The notes below the pieces were generated by a model. That model ran no database searches. It was not told where the DNA came from and saw only the letters and a program-made list of their open reading frames with translations. Shown here in pieces: positions 38,933 through 47,765 of a stretch of 64,000 nt of DNA; position 1 is the first letter of the stretch; the number at the start of each line of letters is the position of its first letter. The position numbers and the translations under genes are program-made. The DNA comes from Vulcanimicrobiota bacterium (GTDB lineage: Bacteria; Vulcanimicrobiota; Vulcanimicrobiia; Vulcanimicrobiales; Vulcanimicrobiaceae), in assembly GCA_963831815.1 (NCBI GenBank), contig CAWHRL010000001.1:135827-199826 (forward strand), in the 5' to 3' direction.

Positions 38933-40324
38933 ATGCCCAGCGTCTACATCGAGACTTTCGGCTGTCAGATGAACGAAGCCGATTCCCGGTACATTGCCGA
39001 ACGTGCGGTTGCGGCCGGGTACACCGTCGCCTCCGCGCCGGAAGAAGCCGACGTCGTTGTCCTCAATACCTGCACGGTGCGCGACAGCGCGGAACGGCGC
39101 GCGTATGGCCGGATGAATCACCTCAAGGCGCTCAAGAGCTCCGAGCGCGGAGTGCGTTTGATCGTAACCGGATGTTTGGCCGAGCAGGACCGCGACGCAA
39201 TGCGCCAGCGAGCGCCCCACGTCGACGCGGTTTTCGGGACTCGGGAACTGGTGCAGCTCGGCGATCAGCTCGCGGCCTGGCAGCCTGCCCTTCGACAGGG
39301 TCAGGATGACAAAGCTGACGGCGCTACGGATAACATGCTGCACTTCGCGCTGGGTGGCACGCCGGATGGGTTGCCGGACGCGTTCTCGCACCTGCGCGCC
39401 TTCGTAACCGTGCAACGCGGCTGTTCGTACTTTTGCACGTTCTGCATCGTGCCGCAGGTACGGGGACGTTTCGATCACCGTCCCCAGGCTGCCATCATCG
39501 AGGAAGTGCGCGCTCGCGTTGCTTCAGGAGCTCGTGAGATCATGCTCGTTGGCCAAACGGTCAATGCGTGGCGCGATCCGGCCGACGGATCGGATTTCGG
39601 CGATCTCTGCAGGGCGATTTCGCGCCTTCCGGGCCTCGAGCGTTTGACGTTTATCTCGCCGCATCCGAAGGACTTCCGCGAAAAGATCCTCGACGACCTG
39701 GCTGCGATCCCGCAGCTCAATCCGCGGATCCATCTCCCGCTCCAATCGGGAAGCGACGCGATGTTGCGGCGAATGAACCGCAAATATACGCTGGCGCAGT
39801 TCCAACACGTCGCCGAATCGATTCGCAGCCGCTTTCCCGAGTGCGCGATCACGACCGACATCATCGTAGGCTTCCCCGGAGAAACCGAGGACGATTTCGA
39901 AGCGACGCTCCGATACGTCGAGAGCGGAGTCTTCGCAAACGCGTTTACGTTCATTTATTCGATCCGCCGAGGGACGCCCGCCGCGCGCTGGGAACAGGTG
40001 CCTCGAGAGACAACCCTCGCGCGCTTCAGGCGCCTCGTCGATGCGCAAAATCGCGTGACCCGCGCGTATCACCAAATGAAAGTCGGTCGAACCGTGCGCG
40101 CTTTGATTGTCGGCGACTCCAAGAAAGACGCAAGCCGGCTCACAGCCAAGACGCCGGACAACGTGACGATCGTCGCGCCTAAGCCGCCCGACTATTCGGA
40201 TGCGCCCATTGGAGATGCGCGTGCGTACGCTCGAACGCCGTGGCTCGACATCGCGATAGAGACTGCCCACGTCTGGGGTTGCGCGGGAAGCGTCGTCGCG
40301 CGAGCCGAGCGGTACTCGATGTAG
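38933..40324 (+). CDS. miaB: tRNA-2-methylthio-N6-dimethylallyladenosine synthase MiaB (radical SAM methylthiotransferase)
   Basis: MPSVYIETFGCQMNEADS (UPF0004 domain), radical SAM CSYFCTFC, and a TRAM C-terminus. The ATG at 38933 was chosen over the longer track ORF. Confidence 0.93.
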   Translation: MPSVYIETFGCQMNEADSRYIAERAVAAGYTVASAPEEADVVVLNTCTVRDSAERRAYGRMNHLKALKSSERGVRLIVTGCLAEQDRDAMRQRAPHVDAVFGTRELVQLGDQLAAWQPALRQGQDDKADGATDNMLHFALGGTPDGLPDAFSHLRAFVTVQRGCSYFCTFCIVPQVRGRFDHRPQAAIIEEVRARVASGAREIMLVGQTVNAWRDPADGSDFGDLCRAISRLPGLERLTFISPHPKDFREKILDDLAAIPQLNPRIHLPLQSGSDAMLRRMNRKYTLAQFQHVAESIRSRFPECAITTDIIVGFPGETEDDFEATLRYVESGVFANAFTFIYSIRRGTPAARWEQVPRETTLARFRRLVDAQNRVTRAYHQMKVGRTVRALIVGDSKKDASRLTAKTPDNVTIVAPKPPDYSDAPIGDARAYARTPWLDIAIETAHVWGCAGSVVARAERYSM

Positions 40325-40332
40325 CCATCGGC

Positions 40333-42804
40333 GTGGCCAAGTTCTCGCCGATGTTGGAGCAGTACTTTGGGATGAAGACGAAGCATCCCGAAGCGATCCT
40401 GCTCTCGCGGGTCGGCGATTTCTACGAAGCCTACGGCGAAGACGCCGAGACGATCGCGCGCGCGCTGCAAATCGCGCTGACGAGCAAGGAGGCCGGAGGT
40501 GGTCAGCGCGTGGCAATGGCGGGCGTGCCGCACCACGCGTTAGCCGGGTATCTCGCGCGGCTCGTGCAGCAGCGATTCATCGTCGCTCTGGCCGAGCAGC
40601 TCGAAGTTCCGCAGCCCAACCGTCTCGTGCGCCGCGACGTCGTACGCTTGGTAACGCCCGGCACGCTGATCGAGGAACAGTTTCTCGACGGCAAGCAGAA
40701 TAACTATCTCGCCGCGGTGGCCTCCTTTGGCGAGACGCTCGCGCTCGCTCATGCCGACGTTTCGACCAGCTATACGGCCGCGACGGCGATCGCCGGGGAC
40801 GACGCGTACGACGAGCTCTTGGCCGAACTGGCACGAATCGGACCCGCCGAAATCGTTGCCGACGTCCCGGCCGACTTGCGCGCCATCATCGCAACCGCGG
40901 TCGAGTCCATCGGTGCGCGCCTTGAAACGCCGAGTCTGGGCGTAGTCGAAGCCTGCACGCGCGAGACGTTCGCAGGCTTTTCGATCGACGAATCGCTGGC
41001 GATCCACCGGGCCCTCGAAGCGCTCGCGGCATTCGTCAGCCGCACCGGCGTTACCAACGGCGAACGTCGACGCGACGTTCCGACGCTTTACCGCCGGCAC
41101 CAGTTCTTGGTCCTCGACCCCGCGACGCGCAAACATCTCGAACTGACCCGCGCGCAGGGACAGAATCCGCGAGCGACGCTCCTGGCAACGCTGGATGCGT
41201 GCGAGACCTCGATGGGGTCGCGAATGCTTGCACGCTGGATACTGGCGCCGCTCGTCGATCGAGCGGCGATCGCGGTTCGTCAAGACGGTGTCGAAGCGCT
41301 CTTTGCCGAGCACGCTCGGCGCGACGGTATCCGTGAGATTCTCAAGGGCGCGTTCGACCTCGAACGGATCGCGCAAAAGGTTCGCTTTCGGCGCGCGACC
41401 CCGCGCGATCTGGGTTCGCTGCGCCGCACGCTCGAAATCCTGCGACCGCTACGCGCGGCCGCGTTGCCGGCGTTCGCGTCCTTGCTGGAACGCGTCGCCG
41501 ATTTCGGCGACGTGCTCGACGACGTACGGGCAACGCTCGTCGACGAGCCTCCCGCGCAGATCGGTGATGGAGGCGCGATTCGCCCGGAGGCCGACGCCGA
41601 GCTTGCGGAGTGCGTTGCCCTTCGCACGGACGCTCGTTCGAAGCTCTCCGAGCTGGAACAGCGCGAACGCGAACGGACCGGCATCAAGACGCTCAAAGTG
41701 AAGTACGCCAGCCCGTTCGGTTACGCGATCGAGGTCAGCCGAAGCTACACCGGTGTGCTGCCCCCCGAGTACGTGCGAAAGCAAACGCTGACGAGTGGGG
41801 AGCGTTACGTTACACCCGAGTTAAAGGAACTCGAGCTCGCCATTTCTACCGCGCAGGCGCGGCAAGAGCGGCTCGAGCGCCGGCTCTTCGAGGCGTTGCT
41901 CGAACGCGTCGCCGAGCGCGCAGAAGAACTCGGAGAGGCGGCCTGCGCGATCGCCGAGATCGACGTGCTGACGTCGCTCGCGAAGTGCGCGGCCGAGAGG
42001 GGCTACGTGCGCCCGAACTTCGTCGAACAGAGCGTCGTCTCGATCGAGGAAGGCCGTCACCCGGTCATGGAAGCCGTTTTGCACGCAAGATTCGTACCCA
42101 ACGACCTCGATCTGCACGTCGGCGAACGTCGCTTCGTGCTCTTGACGGGGCCGAACATGGGCGGCAAGTCCACCTATTTACGACAAAGCGGGCTTCTCGC
42201 CATCATGGCGCAGATCGGCTCTTTCGTGCCGGCAAAAAAAATGGAGCTGGGCGTCATCGATCGGATCTTTACGCGGATCGGTGCAGGCGACGATCTCGCT
42301 TCGGGACAGTCGACGTTCTATCTAGAGATGGCCGAAGCGGCAAATATTTTACGACGTAGCACCGAGCGCTCGTTGCTCTTGATCGACGAGGTCGGACGTG
42401 GCACCGGAACCTTGGACGGGCTCGCAATCGCCCAAGCGATCTGCGAGTTCCTGCTGGGACTCGAAGCGCAGGCTCCGCTCGTGCTCTTTGCAACGCACTT
42501 CCACGAGCTATGCGCGCTCAGCGAACACTGGAGCTTGGTGGCAAACTATCACATCACCGCGGTGGAGAACACCGCGCGTGGAGGGGCGCCGGTCTTTTCG
42601 CATCGCGTTCAGCCCGGCAGTTCGTCGCGCTCCTTCGGAATAGAGGTTGCGCGCATGGCCGGATTACCAGATGCGGTCGTCGAGCGGGCACAAGAGATCG
42701 CCGACGCCTTGTCGGGACAGGCCGACGTCGAGGCGAGGGTTCCGCTTCGAAAGAGACTCTCCAAACGTGCGCCGCCGGAGCGTCAGTTGCCGTTGCTATC
42801 CTGA
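40333..42804 (+). CDS. mutS: DNA mismatch repair protein MutS
   Basis: (V)AKFSPMLEQYFGMKTKHPEAILLSRVGDFYE, Walker A (GPNMGGKST), and STFYLEMAE...LIDEVGRGT. The GTG at 40333 lies just after the miaB stop. Confidence 0.95.
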   Translation: MAKFSPMLEQYFGMKTKHPEAILLSRVGDFYEAYGEDAETIARALQIALTSKEAGGGQRVAMAGVPHHALAGYLARLVQQRFIVALAEQLEVPQPNRLVRRDVVRLVTPGTLIEEQFLDGKQNNYLAAVASFGETLALAHADVSTSYTAATAIAGDDAYDELLAELARIGPAEIVADVPADLRAIIATAVESIGARLETPSLGVVEACTRETFAGFSIDESLAIHRALEALAAFVSRTGVTNGERRRDVPTLYRRHQFLVLDPATRKHLELTRAQGQNPRATLLATLDACETSMGSRMLARWILAPLVDRAAIAVRQDGVEALFAEHARRDGIREILKGAFDLERIAQKVRFRRATPRDLGSLRRTLEILRPLRAAALPAFASLLERVADFGDVLDDVRATLVDEPPAQIGDGGAIRPEADAELAECVALRTDARSKLSELEQRERERTGIKTLKVKYASPFGYAIEVSRSYTGVLPPEYVRKQTLTSGERYVTPELKELELAISTAQARQERLERRLFEALLERVAERAEELGEAACAIAEIDVLTSLAKCAAERGYVRPNFVEQSVVSIEEGRHPVMEAVLHARFVPNDLDLHVGERRFVLLTGPNMGGKSTYLRQSGLLAIMAQIGSFVPAKKMELGVIDRIFTRIGAGDDLASGQSTFYLEMAEAANILRRSTERSLLLIDEVGRGTGTLDGLAIAQAICEFLLGLEAQAPLVLFATHFHELCALSEHWSLVANYHITAVENTARGGAPVFSHRVQPGSSSRSFGIEVARMAGLPDAVVERAQEIADALSGQADVEARVPLRKRLSKRAPPERQLPLLS

Positions 42805-42991
42805 GCCGCCGCTGAGCGTTCTGCGAAGGGATGGCTCGCGAGGCGACGGAAGGGCGGCTTGATGATTTCGTCGATCCGGCTTGGCCTCCGCCTGACGATC
42901 GCGGTCATCGCATACGCGATCGTTACGCCGTAGATTTCTCTCCGGACCGTCGCAACGAGCTCCAGAGAGCGATCCGCTTTGGGGGACTTTC

Positions 42992-44114
42992 ATGTTGCAC
43001 AAATGCTGGTTTCGTAGCGTAGTGATCGTGATTGTTGTGGGCGCGTCGCTCGCAGCGGGGCTCTTGCTCCTGCGCGGGCCGTTCCGTCAGCAGATCGTCG
43101 GGCAGACCGCCCAGCGCTCCTTCGGTCAACTAAAGCTGAATCTGCTGATCCTCGGTTATCAAGCCGACGAGGCGACGACCGACACGATCGTCGTGGCGCA
43201 CCTCGACGTTGCGCGCCGCACCGCGACGTTGGTATCGATCCCGCGCGATACCTGGGTTTCCGTCCCAAGAGCCGGCTTTACCAAGATCAATGCGGCGTTT
43301 GCGTTTCGGCGGAGCGCACGTCACCGCAAGGGTCGCGAGCAAACTCTTAGGCGGAATTCCGATCGACGCCATCGTGGCGTTGCAACCGGAGGGCGCGGCA
43401 GCGCTGGTGGACGCGATGGGAGGTTTGGACGTCAACGTCGACGAGGCGATGGATTACGACGACAATAACGGCGGCCTGCACGTCCACCTTCAGAAAGGGC
43501 GGCAACATCTCACCGGCAGCCAAGTGGCCGGATACGTCCGGTTTCGCCACGACCTCGCCTCTGATTTCGGCCGCGTGAGGCGGCAGCAACAAGTGCTCAA
43601 ACTGATCATGAATCAATTGAGCGAACCGCAGAACTGGGCGAAGTTGCCCGCGATTATCAAGCTCGCGCGCAAGCAGGTCAATACGACGCTCTCCAACGCA
43701 CAGCTCGTTTCGCTTTTGACCGTCTATCGGAATGTACCGGACGAGAACGTACGTTCCTTTACGTTGCCTAGCAAGCTGGGTTGGGTCGGCGACGCCTCGG
43801 TAGTATTTGCCGATCCGCGTTGGGCGAAGCTTATCGGCACGGTGCTCTTCGGGCAACGGGATCCACCACAGGACGAGGTGCTGGTTGCAAACGCAACCGG
43901 CAATCTCGAACTCGACCGAACGATCGTCGGCGCGTTGCGCGGGGCCGGCTGGAACGTCCCGACCTTCGTCGACACGAAGGTAAAACGCAGGAGCGAGGTC
44001 GTCGGCAGCTCGCCGGCAGCTTTCTCTCTTGCGAAGGCGTTCGCGACGGCACTTCGGCCGGGAACCAAAACGGCGCTGGTGCTCGGTGCCGATCTAGCGC
44101 CGGATACGGAGTGA
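42992..44114 (+). pseudogene. LytR-CpsA-Psr (LCP) family gene interrupted by a 1-nt frameshift near 43307
   Basis: Frame A reads ...ILGYQADEATTDTIVVAHLDVARRTATLVSIPRDTWV...KINAAFAF. Frame B continues GGAHVTARVASKLLGGIPIDAIVALQPEGAAALVDAMGGLDVNV...GYVRFRHD...DFGRVRRQQ. The LCP domain spans the junction. Removing C43307 restores one ORF. Confidence 0.7.
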
Positions 44115-44136
44115 TCGCGGTGCCGGCGAAACGAGG

Positions 44137-45450
44137 CTAGCCGAACGACGGAAAAACGATCTGCACGGTAAAGAAGAGCGTCAGCGTGCCTACGATAGCG
44201 ACGGTCGCCCAGGCGATCAGGTTGAAGGCGAGGTTATTCGTCCATGCGCCCATCAATCGCTTATTATTGATGAGCAGCAATATTAGTACGAGAACGATCG
44301 GTAAGAGCGTGCCATTGAATACCTGCGAATAAAAGATGATGGCGAGCAGCGGCGCGCCCGGCGAGATGACGATGGCGGCGCCGATCACGATGAGAGCTAG
44401 GTACAATGAATAAAAGATCGGCGCGTCGCGAAAGCGGTGGTCCACACCTCGCTCGAACCCGAAGGCCTCACAAACGTAGTAGGCCGTAGAGAGCGGCAGA
44501 ATCGAGGCAGTAAAGACCGCGGCGTTAAGCAATCCTAACGCGAAGAGCAATGCGGCAAACTTCCCTGCAAGCGGCTGCAGCGCGACGGCGACGTCGCCGA
44601 CGTCCTTGACGACGATGGGGTGTACGGCGTGAAGGTTGTGGACGTAGATCGTTGCGGCGCACGAAACGATGATAAAGTACGCAATGACGCTCGCCCAGAT
44701 TCCGCCGGTCGCCACGTCAATTCTGGAATACGGGTAGTCGTCTTCACGCACTCCTTTGTCCACGACGGCAGCCTGGATGTAGAATTGCATCCACGGCGAG
44801 ATGGTCGTTCCGATGACCGCAACGATCATCAGCACGTAGGCCTTCGACGCGCTAAAGTGAGGAACGATGGTCTGACGCAGCACGTCGTTCCAGTTTGGGT
44901 GCACTAGGAAGGCGCTGACGATGTAGGCCACGTAGGCAAAACATAAGACAAAGAAGATGCGCTCGAGGCTCTTCGCGGTTCCTCGCGTAACGGTGAGAAA
45001 AACGAAAATCGCCGCGCCCAACACCATTGCGATTTTGAACGCTTCGGCATTTGGAACTTGTAGATAGCCTCCAAAGATCGGCGCCGACGAGGCCACCCCT
45101 GCGAATTCGGTAGCGGTGTTTCCGACGTCGCTGAGCACGAAGAGAAGAAGACACCAAAAGGTTACCTTGACTCCGAAGTTCTCTCGAATCAGGTCGGCTA
45201 AGCCTTTTCCAGTGATCGCGCCCATCCGCGCGCACATCTCCTGCACGACGATCATTGCGATCGCCATCGGAATCAGTAGCCAGAGGAGCGAATATCCGAA
45301 CTGGGCCCCTGCCTGCGAATAGGTTAAGATGCCGCCGACGTCGTTGTCGGCATTGGCGGTGATGATGCCGGGCCCGAGGATGGATAGAAACATGACGACC
45401 GAACGCCAAACGTTCGGGCGGGCAACGCGCCTGGGGGAAGCCGACGCCAT
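44137..45450 (-). CDS. NRAMP-family transporter with a non-canonical metal site (NRMT-like, candidate Mg2+ transporter)
   Basis: It has an NRAMP fold of about 11 TM helices. The TM1 motif reads ANADNDVGG where canonical MntH has DPGN. TM6 reads IGTTISPWMQFY where the canonical sequence is GAxxMPHN. It lies downstream of an M-box riboswitch. The start is the ATG at 45450, with a TTG at 45495 also possible. Confidence 0.85.
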   Translation of the reverse strand: MASASPRRVARPNVWRSVVMFLSILGPGIITANADNDVGGILTYSQAGAQFGYSLLWLLIPMAIAMIVVQEMCARMGAITGKGLADLIRENFGVKVTFWCLLLFVLSDVGNTATEFAGVASSAPIFGGYLQVPNAEAFKIAMVLGAAIFVFLTVTRGTAKSLERIFFVLCFAYVAYIVSAFLVHPNWNDVLRQTIVPHFSASKAYVLMIVAVIGTTISPWMQFYIQAAVVDKGVREDDYPYSRIDVATGGIWASVIAYFIIVSCAATIYVHNLHAVHPIVVKDVGDVAVALQPLAGKFAALLFALGLLNAAVFTASILPLSTAYYVCEAFGFERGVDHRFRDAPIFYSLYLALIVIGAAIVISPGAPLLAIIFYSQVFNGTLLPIVLVLILLLINNKRLMGAWTNNLAFNLIAWATVAIVGTLTLFFTVQIVFPSFG

Positions 45451-45473
45451 ATTCCGCTCGTCGTCTCTCGCCG

Positions 45474-45617
45474 CTAACTGACGAGGGCTCGCCAAAAGCT
45501 AAAGGTTCGGCTTGAATCCTGACCTTGATTTGCGCGAAGCGAATCGTCGTGGATCGCTTCGGTCGCGAGCTGGGCTCGGCCGAGAATGCCGACCAGGAAT
45601 GCCAGTACCTTCTTCAT
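45474..45617 (-). CDS. Possible 47-aa leader ORF between the riboswitch terminator and the transporter
   Basis: The ATG at 45617 is preceded by GGGAGA 9 nt upstream. The translation is MKKVLAFLVGILGRAQLATEAIHDDSLRANQGQDSSRTFSFWRALVS, with a stop at 45474. It is below the ORF-track length cutoff and I recognise no family. Confidence 0.25.
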   Translation of the reverse strand: MKKVLAFLVGILGRAQLATEAIHDDSLRANQGQDSSRTFSFWRALVS

Positions 45618-45754
45618 GACACCTATCTCCCGTTTTTAAAAATCTGCCGCGCGCAGCCAACGAGCGCAGCAGCAAGCGAACTCGCTTATCGCGAGCCGCC
45701 CGTACGAAGTATTACTTGGCCCGTCGTCCACCGCGTTGCCTCACCCCCTTTCCG

Positions 45755-45796
45755 TAAAATAAAAAACTGTCGCTGCTCCTCGCAGGCCGACAGTTT
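45755..45796 (-). terminator. Intrinsic terminator (expression platform of the M-box riboswitch)
   Basis: The minus strand reads AAACUGUCGGCCUGC-GAGGA-GCAGCGACAGUUU followed by UUUUAUUUUA, a long GC-containing stem plus a U-tract. Confidence 0.7.
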
Positions 45797-45825
45797 GAGA
45801 AACTCCGCGCGGCGGGCCGCGCCAA

Positions 45826-46023
45826 CTCCCTCAGTGTCGAGCTTTAGCACTGCACAACTCAGGTCCCGTTCCCTTCCGCGTCACGCCGAGCGGAGTCGAA
45901 GGGCGAAGGGCCAGCCGCATTAGATTTCGCCTTGATTCGGCGGAGTCTGGTCACCCGTTGGGGTCTCTCGACCTTTCCGGGTAGCGGCATTTCTTCATGC
46001 AGACGCCTCACCTAACGAGGAAT
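45826..46023 (-). promoter_or_regulatory. M-box (ykoK leader) Mg2+-sensing riboswitch aptamer
   Basis: The minus-strand RNA reads CCUCGUUAGGUGAGGCGUCUGCAUGAAGAAAUGCCGCUACCCGGAAAGGUCGAGAGACCCCAACGGGUGACCAGACUCCGCCGAAUCAAGGCGAAAUCUAAUGCGGCUGG...CAGUGCUAAAGCUCGACACUGAGGGAG. This reproduces the conserved M-box blocks as I recall them from the B. subtilis mgtE leader: GUUAGGUGAGGC, CUGCCC..AAA.GUC.A.AGAC.C.AA.GGGU.A.CAG, AAGGUGA...UAAUGC.GCUGG and CAGUGCUAAAGCUC. Confidence 0.9.
45880..45903. repeat. Dispersed core motif copy c (GTCACGCCGAGCGGAGTCGAAGGG), embedded in a peripheral helix of the M-box
   Basis: It matches the other five copies directly. It lies between the UAAUGCGGCUGG and CAGUGCUAAAGC blocks of the riboswitch. 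Confidence 0.75.
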
Positions 46024-46082
46024 CCTTAACCAGGATACTCCCGGCCGAGGCTTTGTCAACCCCAAGTCGCGAACTGCTCGTC

Positions 46083-47765
46083 GTGGCAAGCATTCGCGAA
46101 CTCGATGCAGTGACGATCGGTCAGATCGCCGCAGGCGAGATTATCGATCGTCCGGCGTCGGTAGTAAAAGAGCTCGTTGAGAACGCCATCGACGCGGGTG
46201 CCGGTCGCATCACCGTCCATGTCGAACGCGGTGGACTCGATCTCGTCGAAGTTATCGACGACGGAGCCGGAATTGCCGCGGGGGATTTATCGCTCGCGCT
46301 GCGACCGCATACAACCAGCAAGCTGCGAACGACCGAGGAACTCGAATCGATTGCTTCGCTGGGCTTTCGCGGCGAGGGGTTGGCCTCCATCGCCGCGGTC
46401 GCGCGAACGGAAATCGTTTCGCGCGAAGCGGATCGCTCGGTCGGGGCGCGAATCGACGCGCACGGCGAAGAAATCGGCGTCGTCGAACCCGCTGCGGCGC
46501 CGGCCGGCACCGGCGTGCGGGTCGCAAGACTCTTCGAGAACGTGCCGGTCCGACGCGAGTACCTGCGTTCACCCAGCGCCGAGTTCAACCGCCTTTCAGC
46601 ATGGCTCTCGACGTTTGCACTCGCCTACCCCGAGCGCACTTTCTCGTTGCGCCACAACGGCAAAGAGGTTTGGGTCATGCCGGCGAGCAGCAACGAGCGC
46701 GAGCGGCTTGCGATGGTCTTCGGACGCGAGGCCGCGCACAGCCTCATTCCGCTCGACGGCGACGCGGCGCGTATGCTCGCGGGAGGATTGCGCGGTTACG
46801 TCAGCACCCCGGGGAACGATCGGCCCGACCGAAGGATGCAGGTGCTCTTCGTCAATGGCCGGCTACTGCGCAGCAGCATTTTGGCCGGCGCGTGGACGAG
46901 CGGGTATTCAACCTTTGCGATGATGGGGCGCCATCCATATGGCGTCATCTATCTCGAACTTCCGCCCGATCACGTCGACCCAAACGTCCATCCGACCAAA
47001 AGCGACGTTCGGTTGCGTTACGGCAATCAAGTCTTCAGCGTCGTGCGCCGAGCGATCGCCGCGACGCTGAACGATCACGCCAAGATGCGGTTTGCCCAAC
47101 AGATCGGAGGTGCGCGCGAAGCCCTCTCCTTCGCCCCTCCCGGCGATGGCCCGGGCGCTGTCGCGCTCTTCGACGACTCAGCCGAGGAGGCAAGAGCCGT
47201 CGCGGGCGGTGGCCTGCGCATCATCATGCAACTCAACCGCACGTTCGTACTTGCCGCCGATGCCGAGGCGCTGCTCTTGGTCGATCAGCATGCGGCGCAC
47301 GAGCGAATCGCCTACGAAGCGATCGTAGCCTCCGCGCAAAGCCGCCTCTCGAGCGAACCGCTGCTCGTTCCGCAGGTCGTCGAGCTCGATCCCGAACGCA
47401 GCGCGGTGCTCGATCGAGCGATCGAGTTCTTACGCGAAGGGGGACTCGAGATCGAGCCCTTCGGCGAGCGAACGTATCGAATCGTCGCTACGCCATCGGG
47501 GTATGGCGCTCACGCGTTCGATCTCGCCGGATTCATCGACGATTTGAGCCATGAACCCAAACAGCGCGACGTTCGCGAGCGCGTCTGGGCGTCACTCGCC
47601 TGCCATTCGGTCACCGTTGCGGGTGAACGGCTCGAAGCCGACGAGATGCAAACGCTGGTAGAGCGGCTGCAAGCGTGCGAAAACCCGATGCATTGTCCCC
47701 ACGGGCGCCCCACCATGATACGCCTCGGCCACGACGACATCGCGCGCATGTTCAAACGTGTCTGA
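46083..47765 (+). CDS. mutL: DNA mismatch repair protein MutL
   Basis: IRELDAVTIGQIAAGEIIDRPASVVKELVENAIDAGA (GHKL ATPase N-terminus), plus DQHAAHERI and CPHGRP in the C-terminal domain. The start is either the GTG at 46083 or the TTG at 46053. Confidence 0.93.
   Translation: MASIRELDAVTIGQIAAGEIIDRPASVVKELVENAIDAGAGRITVHVERGGLDLVEVIDDGAGIAAGDLSLALRPHTTSKLRTTEELESIASLGFRGEGLASIAAVARTEIVSREADRSVGARIDAHGEEIGVVEPAAAPAGTGVRVARLFENVPVRREYLRSPSAEFNRLSAWLSTFALAYPERTFSLRHNGKEVWVMPASSNERERLAMVFGREAAHSLIPLDGDAARMLAGGLRGYVSTPGNDRPDRRMQVLFVNGRLLRSSILAGAWTSGYSTFAMMGRHPYGVIYLELPPDHVDPNVHPTKSDVRLRYGNQVFSVVRRAIAATLNDHAKMRFAQQIGGAREALSFAPPGDGPGAVALFDDSAEEARAVAGGGLRIIMQLNRTFVLAADAEALLLVDQHAAHERIAYEAIVASAQSRLSSEPLLVPQVVELDPERSAVLDRAIEFLREGGLEIEPFGERTYRIVATPSGYGAHAFDLAGFIDDLSHEPKQRDVRERVWASLACHSVTVAGERLEADEMQTLVERLQACENPMHCPHGRPTMIRLGHDDIARMFKRV

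Noticed and set aside
42805-42991. Small ORFs in the mutS-LCP spacer: 42831..43022 on the plus strand, 42796..43002 on the minus strand, and an unlisted minus-strand 41-codon ORF.
   Set aside because: They have no recognisable motifs and no convincing SD sequences. They overlap the flanking genes and have the biased composition expected of random high-GC ORFs.
45525-45923. A 132-aa plus-strand ORF in the mntH-mutL intergenic region.
   Set aside because: It lies antisense to the M-box riboswitch and terminator and to the dispersed repeat. Its composition is typical of a chance ORF. The RNA element explains the conservation-like structure better.
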